Positions 17,701 to 26,021 of a DNA stretch of 30,780 bases are shown one piece after another. Where the stretch lies: assembly GCA_027031765.1 (NCBI GenBank), contig JALVPN010000146.1, positions 1-30,780 on the forward strand, written 5' to 3'. The number at the start of each line of letters is the position of its first letter. The first letter of the stretch is position 1. Origin of the DNA: Promethearchaeota archaeon (GTDB lineage: Archaea; Asgardarchaeota; Thorarchaeia; Thorarchaeales; Thorarchaeaceae). A program made the position numbers and the translations under genes. The notes below the pieces were generated by a model. That model was not told where the DNA came from, made no database searches, and worked only from the letters and a program-made list of their open reading frames with translations.

Positions 17701-20700
17701 ACCGTCAATGGTGTGTCCGGAGACGCGGTGTTCGACGGCGTCAGCTATGGGCTGGGTGGTGGTGACGGCGCAGGCGACAACGGCTACCCGGACGAGATCA
17801 CAGGTACCAACGGGGGTATCACCTGTCTTGAGTATGGGGTGTCCGGGGCCCCGGACGCTGCAGTGCGGTACAGTGGCACATACAGGCTGGTGTACTTCGG
17901 GTTCAACTTCGAGGCGATCTCGGAGGCCGGAGACAGGGTGGACGCCATGGACCGGGTCCTGGACTTCCTTGGGGTCGACCAGCCACCGTCACTGTCAATT
18001 GGCACACCAGGCCTCAACGACATCGTCCCCTCACCCACTCTGGTGGCGTGGTCTGCGGCCGATGACGTGTCTGTCGTCTACTCCGAGGTGTACCTTGACG
18101 GGCAGCTCTATGCTCACGTTACCAACACCTCCGTCATGGTCTCAGCAGCTGACGGTGGCCACACCATCCGTGTCATCTCAGTGGACACTATTGGTCAGAT
18201 CACAGTAGACCGAGTAGTCGTGACCGTTGACGGGACGCCACCACAGGTCAGTCTTGTGGCCCCAACCGAGGGCTCTGTAGTGAGGAGCGGCACAACGGTC
18301 GATGTGGAGGTCAGTGATGTGCACCTTGACACTGTGTACTACCGGTGGGACTCGGGGGCATGGCAGGTGCTGTCGAGCCCATATGACACGACCGTGCCGG
18401 CCGGCGATGGCACGCACACGCTCCATATCAATGCCACAGACCAGGCAGGTAACTCCCAGCTGGAGAGCTACGACTTCGTGACTGATGACACGGCACCTAC
18501 CGTGTCCCTGGTCAGTCCGGCAGAGAACAGTGTGCACAGGAGTGGCACGACGGTTGACATCTCAGTGTCAGATGCACACCTGTCAACGGTATACTTCAAG
18601 TGGGACGATGGGGCGTGGACTCTTGTGGGCGCACCATACGACACAGTGCTCCCTGCTGGTGACGGCACGCATACTCTCCATGTCAATGCCACCGATGAGG
18701 CCGGGAACTCAAGGCTCACCCAGTACTCCTTCATCACTGACGACACGCAGCCCACGGTCACACTCGTGAGCCCTCCACAGGACACTGTGCACCAGAGTGG
18801 CACCACCATCACGGTCAATGTTACAGACGCACACCTCTCAACAGTCCACTTCAAGTGGGATAATGGCACATGGACATCAGTCAGCTCACCCTACACCACC
18901 CAGTTACCAGCAGGCGACGGGACACACACGCTCTACGTCAATGCCACGGATGTGGCAGGGAACTCGAGACTGACCAACTACTCCTTCATAACTGATGACA
19001 CGGCCCCGTCTGTGAGCATTGCGAGCCCGTCGGAGAACAGCGTGTCGCAGAGTGGCACGACAATCGATGTGGCCGTGAGCGATGCGCACCTGACGGATGT
19101 GTACTTCAAGTGGGACGGCGGGAGCTGGGTGCTTGTGAGTGCGCCGTATGACACCACACTCCCATCAGGGGACGGTACGCACACGCTCCATGTGGACGCC
19201 CGGGACGAGGCCGGCAACCAGAGGCTGGCCAACTACAGCTTTGTGACTGACGACACCTTGCCCACCGTTACCTTGGTGAGCCCTGCAAACAACACAGTCC
19301 AGGCAGGTGGGACTCCCGTCGACCTTGACATCACAGACCTGCACCTCGACACCGTATACTACCACTGGGACTCCAACGGGTGGGCCGTCATGAGCGCCCC
19401 ATACGACACTCAAGTGCCAGACCCACCAGGTGTACACCACCTGTATGTCAATGCCACTGACCAGGCGGGGAACTACGTCATCAAGACCTATGTCTGGACT
19501 GTCGAGGAGTCGGGGAGCGCGCCAGTCATCCAGCTCGTGTCACCAGCGAACGGGTCGGTGTGCACCAGTGGCACGACCATAGACCTCAACATAACAGACC
19601 CTGATGGCGACCTCAGTATGGTCTACTACCGGTGGGACTCGGGGGCATGGACGGTCCTACCCTCGCCCTACGACACAGCGCTGCCGGCTGGTGACGGCCA
19701 ACACAGCCTTGATGTGAACGCCACGGACAGCGCCGGGCACTATACACTTGCAAGCTATGTGTTCACAACGGACGACACGCCGCCGACCATCACACTGAAC
19801 AGTCCCTCGTCTGGCTCTGCCATCAGGTCGGGCACGATCATCGACCTCTCAGTGAACGACACGAATGGCCTGAGTGCCACTCTGTACAACTGGGACGGCG
19901 GCGCCAACACCACACTCCCAAGTCCATACGATGTCAACACGACAGGCCTCTCAGAGGGCACTCACACCCTGCATGTCTACGCCCAGGACACAGCAGGGAA
20001 CTGGCAGGGGGCGGACTACTCGTTCACCATAGATGACACCTCACCCACTGTGACCCTGGTCAGCCCGCCCGAGTACAGTGTGCGGAACAGTGGCACGACC
20101 ATAGACGTAGCGGTCTCCGACGCCCACCTGTCAGTGGTCTACTTCAAATGGGACAACGGGTCTTGGGCCGTCGTCGGTGCACCGTATGACACGACACTCC
20201 CGGCCGGTGATGGGACCCACACACTATACGTCGACGCCCGGGACGAGGCCGGCAACCAGAGGCTGACGGACTTCACCTTCACGACAGATGACACGCCGCC
20301 CACCGTTGTGCTCAACAGTCCGGCCAATGGCTCGGTTGTCCAGTCCGGCACCACCGTAGACCTCGACATATCGGACGACAACCTCGACTCCGTGCAGTAC
20401 AGGTGGGACAGTGGCTCATGGCAGCCCCTAAACAGCCCATACGACACGACCGTCCCGACGGGTGATGGCGGTCACACCCTGTACGTCAATGCCTCCGACC
20501 TCGCAGGCAACACAGCCTACCGCGAGTACCACTTCGTGACCGATGACACATCTCCCACAGTGACGCTCGTCAGCCCCTCAGAGGGGAGCGTGCACAACAG
20601 TAACAGCACCATCGACATTGAGGTCTCCGACGCCCACCTCACAGAGGTCTACTTCAGGTGGGACAGTGGTTCATGGGTACTGGTCACGGCACCATACGAC

Positions 20701-23700
20701 ACCACACTCCCGGCCGGCGATGGTACCCACACGCTCCATGTGGACGCACGCGACGAGGCTGGTAACCAGAGGCTGGCCAACTACAGCTTCATCACAGACG
20801 ACACGCCGCCCACCGTGGCACTCAACAGTCCGGCCAACGGTTCAGTGGTCCAGTCCGGGACAGTAGTTGACCTCAACATAACGGACGATAACCTTGACAC
20901 CGTGCAGTACAGGTGGGACGGCAGTGCGTGGCAGGCCATGAGCAGTCCGTACGACACGACGGTCCCGGCAGGTGACGGTGATCACACCCTCGAAGTGAAC
21001 ACCACAGACAAGGCGGGCAACTCCGCCTATAGGACATATGTGTTCACGGCCGATGACACCCTGCCAACGGTGACGCTCGCAAGCCCTGCCGAGGGCAGTG
21101 TCCATAGCAGCAACACCACCATCGACATTGAGGTCTCCGACGCCCACCTCACAGAGGTCTACTTCAGGTGGGACAGCGGTGCGTGGGTGCTCGTCACTGC
21201 GCCCTACGACACAGCCCTGCCTGCAGGAGATGGCACCCACACACTCCACGTGGACGCACGTGACGAGGCTGGTAACCAGAGGCTGGCTAACTACAGCTTC
21301 ATCACAGATGACACCGCACCCAATGTTACTCTAATCAGTCCAGCCAATTGGTCGGTAGTACAGTCGGGCACCACTGTCGACCTAGACATCACGGATGACA
21401 ACCTGGACACGGTGCAGTACAGGTGGGACAGTGGCGCATGGCAGTCGATGAGCAGTCCCTACGATACCACAGTGCCGGCCGGGGACGGGGATCACACTCT
21501 CTATGTCAATGCCACCGACCTCGCCGACAACTGGACATACAGGACATACGTGTTCACTACCGACGACACGCCGCCAACGGTGACGCTCGTCAGCCCTGCG
21601 GAGAACAGCGTCCACAACAGCAATACGACCATAGACATAGCGGTCTCAGACGCCCACCTGTCCGTGGTCTACTTCAAGTGGGACAACGGTTCATGGTATA
21701 CTGTCACTGCGCCCTATGACACAACTCTGCCGGCGGACGATGGCACGCACACGCTCTATGTCGATGCCAGGGACTCCGTGGGCAACCAGCGGCTTGCCGA
21801 CTACAGCTTCATCACGGACGACACCCTGCCCACCGTGGTCCTTGTGACTCCTGCCAACGGCTCTGTGGTCCAGTCCGGGACCACGGTCGACACCGACGTC
21901 TCGGACGACAACCTCGCCTCCGTGCAGTACAGGTGGGACAGTGGCACATGGCAGGTCTTCACCAGCCCCTACGACACAGTGGTGCCGTCCGGTGATGGGG
22001 AGCACACTCTGTACGTGAATGCAACTGACCTGGCCGGGAACCACGTCTTCAGGGTGTACATCTTTACTACCGATGACACCGCCCCCTCCGTCACCCTGGT
22101 CAGTCCGCCAGAGGGCACGGCTTGCAGGAGTGGGACAACTGTAGACATTGAAGTGAGCGACGAGCACCTGTCTGAGGTGTACTTCAGGTGGGACGGTGGG
22201 TCCTGGTCTCTGGTGACAGCCCCGTACGACACCACCCTGCCTGCTGGTGACGGCGCTCATACACTGTGGGTCGATGCACGTGATGCTGCAGGCAACAGTC
22301 GGGTCGAGAACTACAGCTTTGTCACCGACGACACGCCACCTGCGGTCACGCTCAACGGTCCCGCCAACGGGTCAGAGATCCGGTCGGCGGTTAGCGTCGA
22401 CTTGGACGTGTCAGATGCGAACGGTGTGGACGTGGTCTTATACAGCTGGGACGGTGCAGCGAACCAGACCCTCCCAATCCCGTACAACGTGCCCGCAGCA
22501 GGCCTCACTGAGGGGCATCACACCCTGTATGTGTATGCAAATGACACAGCGGGGAACTGGGCGAGCAGACAGTACGTGTACACAGTTGACGACACGCCAC
22601 CGACAGTCCAGCTTGTGGTTCCCAGCAACGGTTCGGTGGTGGTGACAGGTGAAACGGTGGACCTCGACATCTCGGATGCCAACACACTCCACAACACGAC
22701 CTACTGGTGGGACGACGGCAGTGCGCAGGCTATAGGGCCACCATATGACCTTGCGGTGCCAGACCTCCCTGACGGACAGCACACACTGACCGTCTATGCC
22801 GAGGATGCAGCGGGCAACATGGAGACGAAGGTGTACTCCTTCGATGTGGACAACACTCCCCCCACAATCGTGCTGGTCTCGCCTGCCAACAACACTGTCC
22901 AGCAGAGCAGCACCACAGTAAGGGTCACTGTCAACGATGCACATGCAGTCACCAGCAGGTACCGGTGGGACGGCGGTGCGTGGCACTCCTGGTCTGCACC
23001 CTACGAGACCGTGGTACCGGCCGGCGACGGTGACCATGTGCTTGACGTGGAGGCGCAGGACACTGCAGGCAACACGGCCAATACGAGCTATCTCTTCACC
23101 ACCGACGACACACTGCCGACCGTCATCCTGAACGGGCCACCGAACGGGACTGCCCACCACAGCGGGACCGTGATTGATGTGTCCGTGAACGACGACCACC
23201 TCGACTCCGTGCTGTACCGCTGGGACAGTGGCAGCTGGACGGTGTGGCCGGCCCCATATGACACCCAGCTGCCGGCGGGTGACACTGAGCATGTGCTCCA
23301 GGTCAACGCCACTGATGAGGCCGGGAACGTGGTTGTACGTGAGTACCGGTTCGTGACGGACGACACAACCCCCCTGATTGTCCTCAATACTCCTGCCAAC
23401 GGTACACTCTGTGGCAGCGGGACGCTGGTCAATGTCAGCGTGGAGGGAGATGACATCGCGAATGTCACGTACAGGTGGGACTATGGCACATGGGCTGACT
23501 TCCCAGCCCCCTATGACACGTACACACCGGCCGGTGATGGCACCCATGTCCTTGAGGTGAACGCCTCGGACACTACAGGCAACACAGAGTACATGCGGTA
23601 CGTGTTCGAGGTGGACGGCACACCACCCACTGTGACGCTGGTCAGCCCCGTCAATGGGTCGGTGGTCAACAGTGCGACACCCGTGACACTGGACATCGAC

Positions 23701-25254
23701 GATGCACACGCTGTTGTCGTACACTATGCCTGGGACAGCACAGACTGGACCGAGATCACACAGCCATACGTTGTGTATGTCCCGTCTGGCGACGGCGTCC
23801 ACAGGCTCCACATCAATGCCACAGACGCTGCTGGCAACGCCGTCATCGAGCTGTACGAGTTCACCACGGACGACACTGCGCCAGTCATAGCCCTCGTTGC
23901 CCCCACCAATGGCACGGTGGTCCAGTCGGGGATGAGCGTGGACATCGATGTCAACGACACGCACCTTGCAACGGTGGAGTACGCATGGGATGGTGCAGGG
24001 TGGACAGTATGGTCAGCCCCATATCTTGTCCCAGTGCCGGTAGGTGATGGAACTCACACACTGCGGGTACGTGCCACAGATGCGGCATCGAACACTGCCA
24101 TGGCCACATGCGTCTTCGTGACCGACGACACACCGCCAGTGATATCGGGTGTCGTCCCGGCAAACGGGACCGTGCTCACGAGCGGTCACGATGTGTCCCT
24201 CGATGTTTCGGATGAGCACCTTGCAACGGTCGAGGTGAGGTGGGACGGCGGCCCATGGACCAGGCTCTCTCAGCCGTACTCGACAGTGGTGCCCGCCGGT
24301 GATGGTACGCACACCCTTGCGGTCAGGGCGACTGACAGCGCAGGCAACACAGTGGGGCTGACCGTGACCTACACCGTGGACGACACACCACCGGACGTGA
24401 CAGGCCCCGGGGACACTCGGGTCGCTGAGGGCAACACAACAGCCACACTATACTGGAGAGTGTCTGACCAGCACCCGGCAACATATACGCTCTACCTTGA
24501 CGGGTCAGTGGTGCAGCAGGGCCAGATGGACCACTCACCCTCCGTGGTGACGGCTGCGCTCGGTGACCTTCTCCTTGGGCACCACAACTTCACCCTCGTT
24601 GCCAACGACACGCTGGGCCACGAGAGTATGCACGCTGTGGATGTCGAGGTGTTTGACGGCACGCCGCCGGAGATTGACTCGCCACCCGATGTGCAGTACG
24701 TTGAGGGCGAGACCGGGAACACCATTGTCTGGCACCCGTCAGACCTACATCCTGTGGCCTACACCATCGTCAGGGACGGTACACCCATACGGTCAGGGCC
24801 GTGGAATGCTACAGGCGAGAGCATCTCGGTATCTGTGGACGGCCTCGCTCCGGGCAACTACTCATACGTCCTCTACGTCAGTGACGCCAGCAACAATGTC
24901 GTCAGTGACGAGGTACTGGTAGTGGTCATCCCACCGGCAACGACCACCACTACGACGACAACGACGACCACCACTACAACGACAACAACAACGACAACAA
25001 CCACCACCACGACCACCACTACAACGACAACGACGACCACCACCACTACAACGATAACAACAACGAACGGTACGCAGACCTCGACGACACCCACCTTTAC
25101 GACACCGACGCCCGGCCCATCCACGCAGATGATGGTGGTGCTGGCAATAGGTGGTGGCCTCATGGGAACCATAGTCATCTTGCTGGTCATTGCAAAGCGG
25201 CACAGCATGGTCTCAAGGCGGTCTCGCAGTGGCGGAGTGTCCGCCCAAGGATGA
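14800..25254 (+). CDS. Giant membrane-anchored S8 (subtilisin-like) serine protease with Ig-like repeat stalk
   Basis: 3484 aa; signal peptide; I9-like prodomain; triad D219 (VLDTGID), H262 (HGSHCAGIAAG), S567 (GTSMACPFVAG); oxyanion AAGNDG; PPC domain; 24 tandem ~85-aa repeats; poly-Thr; TM VVLAIGGGLMGTIVILLVIA plus KRH tail. Confidence 0.93.
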   Translation: MGIMRGKLLLMALIVPLVLAAGHVPTPYSANGTGRGLVHRGVATPHDENPYTAVPAPGTALPQGHDVLDPVRIIERSDLPTFEEQKARIFASVDQDSDKVHDLLERAVKEREANATADAPVEVIVAVRDGQLDSALTSFEHIGGNVTRRFQGAFYGFAGVIPYSAVNTVAALGDVELVEQNQKMHRYSDVSTQLTNVRSYVWDTLGYTGDPQASIAVLDTGIDDTHTMLSPYASKDFVNGKIVGWHDATDDGSTSPEDMNSHGSHCAGIAAGKEYNSSNGDGRIRTTWGIKYQHTGSDDGYFVYYIEVKAAGTIAVTTLWSGTTNVTSNSVLLKSPNGTVVDQVNNSDQQRELSYTANENELGTWSVWINVSFPGLSGQEFRAAGMNVYPYDSPTDGHQRFSGVAPDTRLVSVKVFDNTGSGSSTELVDGLNWVYNNAEAYHIVVASMSLGFSSTVASVDSATANLVSKGIVTVVAAGNDGQGANNIYSPAHVDGVICVGATGDHNQITSYSSEGPGHRNTIKPDLAAPGGVSSQGAVLSVDSNDQEADGAFAEQQTNDMALMQGTSMACPFVAGLSALMADAMGGYQGWQYGSTARPYTVKQLLLMTSYEVYDHQRGAKDTVEGYGRVCGGAALEAYLYAHTIGTQQSATIDAGDIGRKAWARHVNLTSGIKYTFSLQTPDGADYDLFLYDGNYDTYGEPILLAKSINPAPGASEHITFTPSSSGTYYVVVKYVAGNGGQFTFSSQSDTSLPDVSFHSPTNGQELTGGLTVQVAANGTGLTSVALRFWNDTWVDITDNYNTDTGYYEYTMNVSCLEAGNVTFVARAVNAAGESYASVNTYVRVGDPHILLVDDDNGAAFEKYYEAALTSLGYSEGNGFNVWAVTSQGSPSAATLQSYEIVIWFTGEDYQTTLTGTDRSNIQTFLNGGGKLFISGQDIGYDSADSGWEAWLQTYLRADYINYNSNGNTVNGVSGDAVFDGVSYGLGGGDGAGDNGYPDEITGTNGGITCLEYGVSGAPDAAVRYSGTYRLVYFGFNFEAISEAGDRVDAMDRVLDFLGVDQPPSLSIGTPGLNDIVPSPTLVAWSAADDVSVVYSEVYLDGQLYAHVTNTSVMVSAADGGHTIRVISVDTIGQITVDRVVVTVDGTPPQVSLVAPTEGSVVRSGTTVDVEVSDVHLDTVYYRWDSGAWQVLSSPYDTTVPAGDGTHTLHINATDQAGNSQLESYDFVTDDTAPTVSLVSPAENSVHRSGTTVDISVSDAHLSTVYFKWDDGAWTLVGAPYDTVLPAGDGTHTLHVNATDEAGNSRLTQYSFITDDTQPTVTLVSPPQDTVHQSGTTITVNVTDAHLSTVHFKWDNGTWTSVSSPYTTQLPAGDGTHTLYVNATDVAGNSRLTNYSFITDDTAPSVSIASPSENSVSQSGTTIDVAVSDAHLTDVYFKWDGGSWVLVSAPYDTTLPSGDGTHTLHVDARDEAGNQRLANYSFVTDDTLPTVTLVSPANNTVQAGGTPVDLDITDLHLDTVYYHWDSNGWAVMSAPYDTQVPDPPGVHHLYVNATDQAGNYVIKTYVWTVEESGSAPVIQLVSPANGSVCTSGTTIDLNITDPDGDLSMVYYRWDSGAWTVLPSPYDTALPAGDGQHSLDVNATDSAGHYTLASYVFTTDDTPPTITLNSPSSGSAIRSGTIIDLSVNDTNGLSATLYNWDGGANTTLPSPYDVNTTGLSEGTHTLHVYAQDTAGNWQGADYSFTIDDTSPTVTLVSPPEYSVRNSGTTIDVAVSDAHLSVVYFKWDNGSWAVVGAPYDTTLPAGDGTHTLYVDARDEAGNQRLTDFTFTTDDTPPTVVLNSPANGSVVQSGTTVDLDISDDNLDSVQYRWDSGSWQPLNSPYDTTVPTGDGGHTLYVNASDLAGNTAYREYHFVTDDTSPTVTLVSPSEGSVHNSNSTIDIEVSDAHLTEVYFRWDSGSWVLVTAPYDTTLPAGDGTHTLHVDARDEAGNQRLANYSFITDDTPPTVALNSPANGSVVQSGTVVDLNITDDNLDTVQYRWDGSAWQAMSSPYDTTVPAGDGDHTLEVNTTDKAGNSAYRTYVFTADDTLPTVTLASPAEGSVHSSNTTIDIEVSDAHLTEVYFRWDSGAWVLVTAPYDTALPAGDGTHTLHVDARDEAGNQRLANYSFITDDTAPNVTLISPANWSVVQSGTTVDLDITDDNLDTVQYRWDSGAWQSMSSPYDTTVPAGDGDHTLYVNATDLADNWTYRTYVFTTDDTPPTVTLVSPAENSVHNSNTTIDIAVSDAHLSVVYFKWDNGSWYTVTAPYDTTLPADDGTHTLYVDARDSVGNQRLADYSFITDDTLPTVVLVTPANGSVVQSGTTVDTDVSDDNLASVQYRWDSGTWQVFTSPYDTVVPSGDGEHTLYVNATDLAGNHVFRVYIFTTDDTAPSVTLVSPPEGTACRSGTTVDIEVSDEHLSEVYFRWDGGSWSLVTAPYDTTLPAGDGAHTLWVDARDAAGNSRVENYSFVTDDTPPAVTLNGPANGSEIRSAVSVDLDVSDANGVDVVLYSWDGAANQTLPIPYNVPAAGLTEGHHTLYVYANDTAGNWASRQYVYTVDDTPPTVQLVVPSNGSVVVTGETVDLDISDANTLHNTTYWWDDGSAQAIGPPYDLAVPDLPDGQHTLTVYAEDAAGNMETKVYSFDVDNTPPTIVLVSPANNTVQQSSTTVRVTVNDAHAVTSRYRWDGGAWHSWSAPYETVVPAGDGDHVLDVEAQDTAGNTANTSYLFTTDDTLPTVILNGPPNGTAHHSGTVIDVSVNDDHLDSVLYRWDSGSWTVWPAPYDTQLPAGDTEHVLQVNATDEAGNVVVREYRFVTDDTTPLIVLNTPANGTLCGSGTLVNVSVEGDDIANVTYRWDYGTWADFPAPYDTYTPAGDGTHVLEVNASDTTGNTEYMRYVFEVDGTPPTVTLVSPVNGSVVNSATPVTLDIDDAHAVVVHYAWDSTDWTEITQPYVVYVPSGDGVHRLHINATDAAGNAVIELYEFTTDDTAPVIALVAPTNGTVVQSGMSVDIDVNDTHLATVEYAWDGAGWTVWSAPYLVPVPVGDGTHTLRVRATDAASNTAMATCVFVTDDTPPVISGVVPANGTVLTSGHDVSLDVSDEHLATVEVRWDGGPWTRLSQPYSTVVPAGDGTHTLAVRATDSAGNTVGLTVTYTVDDTPPDVTGPGDTRVAEGNTTATLYWRVSDQHPATYTLYLDGSVVQQGQMDHSPSVVTAALGDLLLGHHNFTLVANDTLGHESMHAVDVEVFDGTPPEIDSPPDVQYVEGETGNTIVWHPSDLHPVAYTIVRDGTPIRSGPWNATGESISVSVDGLAPGNYSYVLYVSDASNNVVSDEVLVVVIPPATTTTTTTTTTTTTTTTTTTTTTTTTTTTTTTTTTTTTTITTTNGTQTSTTPTFTTPTPGPSTQMMVVLAIGGGLMGTIVILLVIAKRHSMVSRRSRSGGVSAQG
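18229..24378 (+). repeat. 24 tandem intragenic Ig-like repeats (85-87 aa, mostly 255 bp)
   Basis: Consensus DDT.P.V.L.SP..GSV..SGT..D..VSD.HL..V.YRWD.G.W.....PYDT..P.GDG.HTL.V.A.D.AGN......F.T counted by hand 24 times. Confidence 0.93.
24940..25053 (+). repeat. 38 consecutive Thr codons (ACN tract)
   Basis: Counted from DNA; all four ACN codons are used. Confidence 0.95.
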
Positions 25255-25265
25255 TTGGTAGCAAG

Positions 25266-25318
25266 CTGTAGTGGGGCACAGGGCAACATGACCACTGTGT
25301 CCCACTTGGTGACTACAG
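25266..25318. terminator. Hairpin just downstream of the giant protease stop, between convergent genes
   Basis: GTGGGGCACAG (25271-25281) pairs with CTGTGTCCCAC (25295-25305) with one G:U; outer CTGTA/TACAG. No poly-T, so the terminator role is unproven. Confidence 0.35.
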
Positions 25319-25404
25319 TCAGCGGGGTAGTGCCAACGGGGTCAGGACAGGACAGAGAGGCGGGCGCGAGCGCAAGACAGCAAGGTGTCCACAATCATGA
25401 CGGC

Positions 25405-25632
25405 TCATGAGAGCTCTGTGAGCAGCTTGACAAGCTCGTCCTTTGAGAGGCGTATCAGCACGTTGAGGTCGAGAGAACGGGTGGAGTAGCTGCGTACCTC
25501 AATCCCGCAGAGGTGGTCATTCACGTCGTAGTCGAAGATCACACCCGGTGCATTCTCCTTGCTCTCCTTGACATCCCCGCCCCCAAGATAGAAGTAGACC
25601 GTGTCGCAGGTCGGGTCGTATTCGATGCGCAC
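25405..25632 (-). CDS. DUF2283-domain small protein (putative antitoxin-like)
   Basis: MRIEYDPTCDTVYFYL......ESKE.APGVIFDYD..DHLCGIEV is the DUF2283 pattern; GTG start with GGAGG 8 nt upstream. Confidence 0.85.
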   Translation of the reverse strand: MRIEYDPTCDTVYFYLGGGDVKESKENAPGVIFDYDVNDHLCGIEVRSYSTRSLDLNVLIRLSKDELVKLLTELS

Positions 25633-26021
25633 TTGGACGGCCTCCAGCCATGGTCTCTAGGGGCACGGGGCCAGGCCTGCCCCTGACTTCGCGTCAGCAT
25701 GTAGGGGCGAGGAATAAGTGTTGTGTTGACCCTTGTACTGCGAGGTCGAGCCCAAGTTCGTGGTCTTTGAGTCTGGTTGTTCCACATGCGTGGACAGACC
25801 GTGGGGCCGTTGCAGTCCAGCACCCGGTCAACGTCCTGTGTGTGCCCTCACGCTGTGGGAGCTGGGCAGACCCATCAGCTCATGTGGTGGTGCTCGCACC
25901 GGTACGAATGACCGGGTAGCCTGTAACAGGTGCCCCGAGCACCCGTACTGGTGCGACGGCCCACCGTCTACTGGTGTCCCGGCCTGTTGTGGTGCTCCAT
26001 CAGACCAGTGGCAGGGATGGT

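Noticed and set aside
20032-22326. Near-identical repeats as a DGR template/variable pair or CRISPR-like array
   Set aside because: Differences are mostly synonymous third-position changes and not adenine-specific, no reverse transcriptase is in the window, and the units are in-frame 255-bp protein repeats without spacers.
22438-23964. 508-aa antisense ORF, plus other long antisense ORFs (3411-4205, 11383-12354, 26124-26981)
   Set aside because: Shadows of strongly supported genes on the opposite strand; expected with high-GC codon bias; no motifs.
24873-25394. Poly-Val ORF resembling a membrane protein
   Set aside because: It is the reverse complement of the poly-Thr tract.
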